Positions 26,167 to 32,000 of a DNA stretch of 32,000 nt are shown here, piece after piece. Position numbers and translations under genes: made by a program. Source of the stretch: Cupriavidus necator (GTDB lineage: Bacteria > Pseudomonadota > Gammaproteobacteria > Burkholderiales > Burkholderiaceae). The stretch lies in contig NZ_CP066018.1 in NCBI RefSeq assembly GCF_016127575.1, positions 1,530,001 to 1,562,000 of the forward strand, written 5' to 3'. The notes below the pieces were generated by a model that did not search any database, was not told the DNA's origin, and was given only the letters and a program-made list of their open reading frames with translations. The stretch's first letter is position 1. Every line of letters starts with the position of its first letter.

Positions 26167-26182
26167 TTACAGTCCGTTACAG
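26167..26182 (-). promoter_or_regulatory. 10-bp-phased direct repeat upstream of the second RND operon (candidate response-regulator site)
   Basis: The plus strand reads TTACAG-tccg-TTACAG. The minus strand reads CTGTAAcggaCTGTAA, which contains GTAAC-N5-GTAAT and so resembles the CpxR-type GTAAA-N5-GTAAA. It lies about 120-155 bp upstream of the adaptor start. Confidence 0.3.
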
Positions 26183-26287
26183 GGTTGCAAGGGTCTGGTA
26201 ATGCCCGGCACCGGCAAACGCCGTCCGGGCCACAGGGGAGGCCGGAGATGTGTTTAGCGGGGCGCTTGTATGGTTAGACAAACATTA

Positions 26288-26926
26288 TCAGAAAAGCTGC
26301 CGCCGGCCATCGCGGCGCCACTGATTGACGCTGTCGACCGACAGTTCGCGTGGCCCGGCCTGCACAACCACGACATCGCCGGCGCGCACTTCTCCCTTCA
26401 GCACCACGCTGAGGTAGACCCCGGAGTAGCCGCTCTGGATCATGTCGCGCACCGCGTGGCGGTAGCCCAGCGCGGCATTGAACTTGTAGCAGGGCTTGCG
26501 CGGCGACTCCACCCGCAGCAGGGCCGTGCCCACGCGCACGAGGTCGCCGATCCAGAGTTGGGATTCAAGCAGCCCCTCCAGGGTCAGGTTCTCGCCGATG
26601 GCGCCAAACGGCAACGGCGGGCCTGACTCAGGCTGCCCGCACGCGCGGCGGCGCGCGTTCCACCACGGGTAGTGCTCGAAGGGATAGGCGTAGACCGCCT
26701 TGTCCAGGCCGCCGTGCACGGTCAGGTCACCCTGTTCGTCGCCGGCCAGGCCCAGCGGCTGCACCTGTACCCGCAACGGGTGCAGCAGGGTACTGACAGG
26801 GTGCTTGCGAATGCCCGACAGCACCACCGCCTCGGTGCCAGCCCCCGCGACCACCAGCGGGATGGCCTTGCCCAGGCTTACCGCCAGCACGCGCGCAAGG
26901 CCCGGCCGAGGTCTGGATTCGCTCAC
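26288..26926 (-). CDS. MOSC domain-containing protein (YiiM-like)
   Basis: The 212-aa protein contains GDEQGDLTVHGG, GENLTLEG and the invariant-Cys region ESPRKPCYKF typical of MOSC/YiiM. It has a GTG start at 26926, which is uncertain. Confidence 0.8.
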   Translation of the reverse strand: MSESRPRPGLARVLAVSLGKAIPLVVAGAGTEAVVLSGIRKHPVSTLLHPLRVQVQPLGLAGDEQGDLTVHGGLDKAVYAYPFEHYPWWNARRRACGQPESGPPLPFGAIGENLTLEGLLESQLWIGDLVRVGTALLRVESPRKPCYKFNAALGYRHAVRDMIQSGYSGVYLSVVLKGEVRAGDVVVVQAGPRELSVDSVNQWRRDGRRQLF

Positions 26927-26958
26927 GTGCGCCCCCGCTTCGTGGTTACCCTTCCGGC

Positions 26959-27026
26959 TGTGGAAAGGGTTGTGGATAAGCTGCGGATATGCCTGAGGAT
27001 AACGGGGCGGATAACACTGTGGACAA
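26959..27026 (-). promoter_or_regulatory. array of six same-orientation, helically phased DnaA-box-like 9-mers
   Basis: Minus-strand reads are CTTTCCACA (26959-67), TTATCCACA (26971-79, perfect consensus), ATATCCGCA (26982-90), TTATCCTCA (26994-27002), TTATCCGCC (27006-14) and TTGTCCACA (27018-26). Start-to-start spacing is 12, 11, 12, 12 and 12 bp. Confidence 0.6.
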
Positions 27027-27091
27027 GTGCTTGGTGCGGTCCCTCACAAGGAAGCCGGCGGCGGGGAGCCGCCTCTGGTTTCAGCCTTGCA

Positions 27092-28264
27092 TCACACCTG
27101 CTGCGCCGCCTGCGGCCGCTGCCACTGGCAGCCCAGCGCCCGGGCGCGTTGCGATACCGCCAGCGCCGCCAGCATCAGCGCCGCCGCGCCCCAGTGCAGC
27201 ATATCGGCGCCGGCCAGCGTATAGATGGCGGCCCCGACCATGGCGCCGGCGGCCTGGCCCAGGTAGATCGATGAAGAATTCAGCGAGATCGACACCGATG
27301 CACGCTCCGGCGCCAGCAGCACCAGCCGCGCCTGCTGCGCGCTGTTGGTGGCAAACCCGCCCGCGCCCCACAGCATGAACAGCAACACCAGCGCAACGCT
27401 GCCCAACCCGGCCAGCGGCCACAGCACCATGGCCGTGATCGAGGTCAGCAGCGTGACCTGCACGATCCGGCTGGGCGTGACCCGGTCCATGCGCGACGCC
27501 GCCATGGCATTGCCGAACACGCCGCAGGCGCCGTAGGCCAGGAACATCAGGCTGAGCGCGCCACCGCTGATGCCGTAAACGTCGCGCATCAGCGGGGCGA
27601 TATAGGTGAACACGGTGAACATGCCCGCCGACGAGATCATGGTGGTCAGCACCACCAGCATGATCGGCTTGTGGCGCAGCACCGCGCCCCAGGCCTCGCG
27701 CCCGGCCGGCGGCACCTTCAGCCCGCGCGGCAGCGCGCGCCAGACCGCCGCCGACACCAGCAGCGCCAGGGCCCCGACCAGCGCCATGCTGACGCGCCAG
27801 CCCAGCGTGCTGGAAATCCACGTGCCCAGCGGCACGCCCACCACGCTGGCAATGCTCCAGCCAAGAAACACAAAGCTGATGGCACGCCCGCGCGTCTGTG
27901 CGTTGACCAGCAGCGGCAGCGTGGCGGCGGTCTGGGGCGTATAGATGGCCGCGCCGATCGCGGTCAGGAAGCGGATCGCCATCAGCGCCGCAAAGCTGGG
28001 CGCAAACGCGGCGGCCAGGTGCATTACCCCGTAGACCAGCAGCGACCCGGCCAGCAGCAGCCGGCGGTCGATGCGCGAGCCCAGCGTGGCAAACAGCGGG
28101 GCGCCGATGCAGGTGGCCAGCGCAAACACCGAGATCAGCTGCCCGGCGCTGGCCGCGCCCAGCCCGAAATCGCCGGCAATGTCGTTCAACATGCCGGTAA
28201 CGATCATCGCACCGGTGCCAATGACGAAGTTGCCGACGCAGAGCGTCACTAGCCTGGGGTCCAT
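27092..28264 (-). CDS. MFS transporter (12-TM, AraJ/drug-sugar efflux-like)
   Basis: ATG 28264 gives MDPRLVTLCVGNFVIGTGAMIVTGMLNDIA... and a hydrophobic MFS pattern over 390 aa. The longer ORF-track start adds a Pro/Gly-rich non-membrane leader that I consider unlikely. Confidence 0.8.
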   Translation of the reverse strand: MDPRLVTLCVGNFVIGTGAMIVTGMLNDIAGDFGLGAASAGQLISVFALATCIGAPLFATLGSRIDRRLLLAGSLLVYGVMHLAAAFAPSFAALMAIRFLTAIGAAIYTPQTAATLPLLVNAQTRGRAISFVFLGWSIASVVGVPLGTWISSTLGWRVSMALVGALALLVSAAVWRALPRGLKVPPAGREAWGAVLRHKPIMLVVLTTMISSAGMFTVFTYIAPLMRDVYGISGGALSLMFLAYGACGVFGNAMAASRMDRVTPSRIVQVTLLTSITAMVLWPLAGLGSVALVLLFMLWGAGGFATNSAQQARLVLLAPERASVSISLNSSSIYLGQAAGAMVGAAIYTLAGADMLHWGAAALMLAALAVSQRARALGCQWQRPQAAQQV

Positions 28265-28411
28265 GCCGGCCTTGGGAATTGTGGATTGGCGCAGGGGGCG
28301 CCTTGTTGTTGTCTGGGCTGCCGCGGGCCCTGGCAGGCCGGGCGGTAAGGGAAGTCCCGAGTGTAGCGGTTTCATGGAATTCGCGTTTCCCGGAGGAAAT
28401 GCCCGGCCAGA

Positions 28412-28450
28412 TGTGAAACACCCCTGTCCCGCATGGCGGAACAGGGGTGT
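28412..28450 (-). terminator. candidate terminator after the dehydrogenase gene (long hairpin, short U-tract)
   Basis: The hairpin ACACCCCTGT(c)CCGC-atg-GCGG(a)ACAGGGGTGT spans 28418-28450, giving about 14 bp of stem. It is followed on the minus strand by TTTCAC. Confidence 0.5.
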
Positions 28451-28490
28451 CGGGGGCGGGCCGTCCGGAGGCAATCCGGCCGCTGGTGAC

Positions 28491-29516
28491 TCAGCGCGTC
28501 AGCACCGGCGCCAGCGCCTTCGGGTTGACGATGCAGTCATGGTTGCCGGCCAGCACGTCCAGGATGTTCTGGAACGCGGTGCGGAAGTACAGCTCGTAGC
28601 TGTCGCGCTCAACATAGCCCAGGTGCGGCGTGCAGATGCAGTTTTCCATGCGCAGCAGCGCGTGGCCCTGCAGGATCGGCTCGGACTCGAACACGTCGAT
28701 GGCCGCCATGCCCGGGCGGCCCCGGTTCAGCGCGGTGACCAGCGCGTTCTCTTCCAGCAGTTCGGCACGGCTGGTGTTGACGAACAGCGCCGTGGGCTTC
28801 ATCCGGGTCAGGTCAGTCATCTTGACGATGCCGCGGGTGTCGTCATTCAGGCGCAGGTGCATCGACAGCACATCGCTGTCGGCAAACAACTGCTCCTTAG
28901 ATTCGGCCACGCCCAGCCCGTCGGCACGGGCGCCTTCGAGCGACGCCTCGCGGCCCCAGACCAGCACCTTCATGCCAAAGGCGCGGCCGTAGCCAGCCAG
29001 CAGCCGGCCGATCTTGCCGTAGCCCCAGATCCCCAGCGTCTGGCCGCGCAGCACCTGCCCAAGGCCGAAATTGGGCGGCATCGTCGTCGATTTCAGCCCC
29101 GATTGCTGCCAGGCGCCATGCTTCAGGCTGGCGACGTATTGGGGAATGCGTCGCTGCGCCGCCATGATCAGCGCCCAGGTCAGCTCCGCCGGCGCAACTG
29201 GCGAACCCACGCCCTCGAGCACAGCCACGCCACGGTCGGTGGCGGCATCCAGGTCGATATGGCTGCCGGGGCCGGCGCCGACCTTGCCGGTCTGGCTGAT
29301 CAGCTTCAGTTTGGGCAGTTTTTCCAACAGTTGCCGGGTGATGCGTGTGCGTTCGCGGATCAGAACCACGGCTTCGACGTCTGACAGGCGTGCGGCCAGC
29401 TGGCCCACGCCCTTGACGGTGTTGTTGAACACCTTGACGTCGTGCCCCTCCAGCAAGCTGAAGCAAGGCAGCTTGCGCACGGCATCCTGGTAATCGTCGA
29501 GTACGGCAATCTTCAT
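28491..29516 (-). CDS. D-isomer-specific 2-hydroxyacid dehydrogenase family protein (NAD-binding)
   Basis: ATG 29516 gives MKIAVLDDY.... The NAD motif is LGIWGYGKIGRLLAGYG. The catalytic region is ...NCICTPHLGY with the conserved His. Confidence 0.85.
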   Translation of the reverse strand: MKIAVLDDYQDAVRKLPCFSLLEGHDVKVFNNTVKGVGQLAARLSDVEAVVLIRERTRITRQLLEKLPKLKLISQTGKVGAGPGSHIDLDAATDRGVAVLEGVGSPVAPAELTWALIMAAQRRIPQYVASLKHGAWQQSGLKSTTMPPNFGLGQVLRGQTLGIWGYGKIGRLLAGYGRAFGMKVLVWGREASLEGARADGLGVAESKEQLFADSDVLSMHLRLNDDTRGIVKMTDLTRMKPTALFVNTSRAELLEENALVTALNRGRPGMAAIDVFESEPILQGHALLRMENCICTPHLGYVERDSYELYFRTAFQNILDVLAGNHDCIVNPKALAPVLTR

Positions 29517-29978
29517 CGGCAACTCTGGTTATCTAACGGTCTTGTGCCGGTTGGTGCGCGCGGCCACCGAGCAGCGCGCCGGCCAACAGTATTGTTGAGA
29601 AATATCGAAAAACCCGCGCCGGCCGGTGGCGGCGATTGTTGCATAGCAAAAAACAGGGGGGTGCGCCAGTGGTATCCTTGCCCGTTCCGGTGCCGCCGCG
29701 GATTGTCGGTCGAGCATTGCTCCCGCCACGCGATCGCACCCGGGCAAAGTCCGGCCAGCCCGCGCAGCCACCCCTGCGCGCGCGAAGCGCAACTGTAGCG
29801 CAGCCGCAGGGACCGCCGCGACCTTTTGCATAAACGGGGCCGCCGCGGAGTTGTAACGGGATGTGTCGATCCGAGTGTGACCATCACTCCGGGCGTGTGA
29901 CGGCCCCATCTGCCCGCTGGCCAGGCTTTGCAAGGATTCCTTCCCTTCCTTCCCCTTTACGAATCTGGAGTCTGCAGT

Positions 29979-31835
29979 ATGAACCACCCCACGATGCAAG
30001 GTACGGCGCCCGTCAATGCGCCGGCCTGGGTCAAGCACCCCAAGCTGGTGGCCTGGGTCGCGGAAATCGCCGCCCTGACCAAGCCTGACAATATCTATTG
30101 GTGCGACGGCTCCCAGGAAGAATACGACCGCCTGTGCGAGCAGATGGTCGCCGCCGGCACCATGAAGCGGCTGAACCCGGCCAAGCGCAAGAATTCCTTC
30201 CTGGCACTGTCGGACCCCTCGGACGTGGCGCGGGTGGAAGATCGCACCTTTATCTGCTCTGAAAAGCAGGAAGACGCCGGCCCCACCAACAACTGGACCG
30301 CACCCGCCGAGATGCGCCAGACGCTGAACGGCCTGTTCGACGGCTGCATGCGCGGCCGCACGCTGTATGTGGTGCCGTTCTCGATGGGCCCGCTGGGTTC
30401 GCCGATCGCCCATATTGGCGTGGAACTGTCCGATTCGCCGTATGTGGCGGTCAATATGCGCATCATGACGCGCATGGGCCGCGCCGTGTACGACGTGCTG
30501 GGCACCAACGGCGAGTTCGTGCCGTGCGTGCACACCGTGGGCAAGCCGCTGGCCGCCGGCGAGCAGGACGTGGCCTGGCCGTGCAATCCGACCAAGTACA
30601 TCGTCCATTTCCCGGAAACGCGCGAGATCTGGTCGTTCGGCTCCGGCTACGGCGGCAACGCGCTGCTGGGCAAGAAGTGCTTTGCACTGCGCATTGCATC
30701 GACCATGGGCCGCGATGAAGGCTGGCTGGCCGAGCACATGCTGATCCTTGGCGTGACCTCGCCCGAGGGCAAGAAATACCACGTCGCCGCCGCGTTCCCG
30801 TCGGCCTGCGGCAAGACCAACTTCGCCATGCTGATCCCGCCCAAGGGCTTCGAGGGCTGGAAGGTCACCACCATCGGCGACGACATCGCCTGGATCAAGC
30901 CGGGCCAGGACGGCCGCCTGTACGCGATCAACCCGGAAGCCGGCTACTTCGGCGTGGCCCCGGGCACCAGCGAGAAGACCAACTACAACGCGATGGCGAC
31001 GCTGAAGGAAAACGTCATCTTCACCAACGTGGCGCTGACCGACGACGGCGACGTGTGGTGGGAAGGCATGACCAAGGAAGCGCCGGCGCACCTGATCGAC
31101 TGGCAGGGCAAGGACTGGACCCCGGAAATCGCCAAGGCCACCGGCGCCAAGGCTGCGCACCCGAACGCCCGCTTCACCGCGCCGGCATCGCAGTGCCCGT
31201 CGATCGACGACAACTGGGACAACCCGGCCGGCGTACCCATTGATGCGTTTATCTTCGGCGGCCGCCGCTCGACCACCGTGCCGCTGGTGACCGAGGCCCG
31301 CAACTGGACCGAAGGCGTCTACATGGCCGCCACCATGGGTTCGGAAACCACCGCCGCGGCCGCCGGCCAGCAGGGCGTGGTGCGCCGCGACCCGTTCGCC
31401 ATGCTGCCGTTCTGCGGCTACAACATGAGTGATTACTTCGGCCACTGGCTCGAACTCGGCAAGAAGCTGGAAGCCGCGGGCGCGAAACTGCCGAGGATTT
31501 ACTGCGTCAACTGGTTCCGCAAGGACGCCGACGGCAACTTCGTGTGGCCAGGCTTCGGCGAGAACATGCGCGTGCTGTCGTGGATGATCGACCGCGTGGA
31601 AGGCAAGGGGCAAGCCGCCGAGCATATGTTCGGCACTACCCCGCGCTACCAGGACTTGAACTGGAATGGCGTTGACTTCACACCGGCGCAGTTCGCGCAG
31701 GTGACTTCAATCGACCGTGAAGCGTGGCAGCAGGAGCTGGTGCTGCATGATGAGTTGTTCACCAAGCTGCGGCATCGGCTGCCGCAGGCGCTGGCGGATG
31801 TGCGGGCGGCGCTGGGCAAGCGGCTGGAAGGCTGA
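29979..31835 (+). CDS. pckG: phosphoenolpyruvate carboxykinase (GTP)
   Basis: ATG 29979 follows a TGGAG RBS. The 618-aa protein has GTP-PEPCK signatures: FPSACGKTN (P-loop), GDDIAWI and [22 protein letters not shown]. Confidence 0.95.
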   Translation: MNHPTMQGTAPVNAPAWVKHPKLVAWVAEIAALTKPDNIYWCDGSQEEYDRLCEQMVAAGTMKRLNPAKRKNSFLALSDPSDVARVEDRTFICSEKQEDAGPTNNWTAPAEMRQTLNGLFDGCMRGRTLYVVPFSMGPLGSPIAHIGVELSDSPYVAVNMRIMTRMGRAVYDVLGTNGEFVPCVHTVGKPLAAGEQDVAWPCNPTKYIVHFPETREIWSFGSGYGGNALLGKKCFALRIASTMGRDEGWLAEHMLILGVTSPEGKKYHVAAAFPSACGKTNFAMLIPPKGFEGWKVTTIGDDIAWIKPGQDGRLYAINPEAGYFGVAPGTSEKTNYNAMATLKENVIFTNVALTDDGDVWWEGMTKEAPAHLIDWQGKDWTPEIAKATGAKAAHPNARFTAPASQCPSIDDNWDNPAGVPIDAFIFGGRRSTTVPLVTEARNWTEGVYMAATMGSETTAAAAGQQGVVRRDPFAMLPFCGYNMSDYFGHWLELGKKLEAAGAKLPRIYCVNWFRKDADGNFVWPGFGENMRVLSWMIDRVEGKGQAAEHMFGTTPRYQDLNWNGVDFTPAQFAQVTSIDREAWQQELVLHDELFTKLRHRLPQALADVRAALGKRLEG

Positions 31836-31867
31836 TCGCGCCACGGTTCGCGCAGTTCGCAATAAAG

Positions 31868-31900
31868 ACGCCCGTCTCTGCCGAGACGGGCGTTTTTTTT
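31868..31900. terminator. rho-independent terminator after pckG (bidirectional with the convergent LuxR-type gene)
   Basis: An 11-bp stem ACGCCCGTCTC / GAGACGGGCGT with loop TGCC is followed by a T8 run. An A-rich tract lies on the other side. Confidence 0.85.
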
Positions 31901-32000
31901 ATCCCGCCTCGCTATCCCCCAGCGTCTCCACTGCGTACTTCACCAACCCCGCCCGCCCCTCGATCCCCAGCTTGCGCTTCAGGTTCAGCCGGTGCGTCTC
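31899..32000 (-). CDS. LuxR/FixJ-type HTH protein, C-terminal 33 codons only (rest outside window)
   Basis: My manual minus-strand translation gives ETHRLNLKRKLGIEGRAGLVKYAVETLGDSEAG*, with TAA at 31899-31901. It matches the recognition-helix end of the LuxR/GerE HTH (typically V..H..NI..KL). The ORF is too short to appear in the track. Confidence 0.55.
   Translation of the reverse strand, partial: ETHRLNLKRKLGIEGRAGLVKYAVETLGDSEAG

Noticed and set aside
26221-26287. A possible terminator hairpin after the MOSC gene: GCCCGG..CGGC-AAAC-GCCG..CCGGGC at about 26203-26232.
   Set aside because: The stem is interrupted and no U-tract follows on the minus strand. I cannot decide from the sequence whether MOSC is co-transcribed with the RND pair.
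26959-27026. The DnaA-box array as the chromosomal replication origin itself.
   Set aside because: I see no AT-rich 13-mer/DUE-like unwinding element or dnaA/dnaN/gidA-type neighbours within the window. The flanking DNA is GC-rich coding sequence, so I report it as an extra-origin DnaA site cluster instead.
1-32000. I looked for mobile elements, integrases, CRISPR repeats, tRNA/rRNA genes and compositional islands.
   Set aside because: I found no transposase/integrase-like translations, no regularly spaced 25-40 bp repeats and no cloverleaf-like or rRNA-like sequence. The AT-rich patches are short, under 60 bp, and coincide with divergent promoter regions.

Overview
This is a high-GC chromosomal segment that looks betaproteobacterial. 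Gene content and protein sequences resemble Cupriavidus/Ralstonia, but that is inference only. I support about 24 protein-coding genes and recognised no rRNA, tRNA, CRISPR array or IS/transposase.

Gene order, left to right:
- 3' end of an unknown secreted protein, then an OmpW-family porin (+).
- A complete AcrAB/OprM-type RND efflux operon (-), with a divergent AcrR-type TetR repressor (+) and a recognisable operator/promoter.
- An orphan Tat-signal ABC-type substrate-binding protein (-), divergent from a TctD/TctE-like two-component system (+).
- A tightly packed four-gene minus-strand cluster: AbrB-family membrane protein, PaaI hotdog thioesterase, patatin-like lipase, and a glutathione-reductase-like flavoenzyme with an Arg-rich N-terminal extension.
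- tctCBA tripartite tricarboxylate transporter (-).
- ChaN-family lipoprotein (-).
- A second RND pair (MdtA-like adaptor plus permease) with no outer-membrane factor or regulator (-).
- MOSC-domain protein (-), MFS transporter (-), D-2-hydroxyacid dehydrogenase (-).
- GTP-dependent PEP carboxykinase (+), then the 3' end of a LuxR-type HTH gene (-).

The many long Arg/Ala/Gly-rich ORFs in the track are antisense shadow ORFs typical of high-GC DNA.

The most unusual sequence-level signal is a 68-bp array of six same-orientation DnaA-box-like 9-mers spaced 11-12 bp apart at 26959-27026, in the MOSC/MFS intergenic region. One box is a perfect TTATCCACA and two have a single mismatch. There is no adjacent AT-rich unwinding element, so I read it as a candidate DnaA oligomerisation, titration or reactivation locus, or a DnaA-controlled promoter, not an origin.

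Other leads:
- The orphan binding protein sits where tctCBA normally lies next to tctDE.
- The AbrB-thioesterase-patatin-reductase module has no known function as a unit.
- A Pho-box-like direct repeat lies upstream of tctC.
- A 10-bp-phased TTACAG direct repeat lies upstream of the second RND pair.
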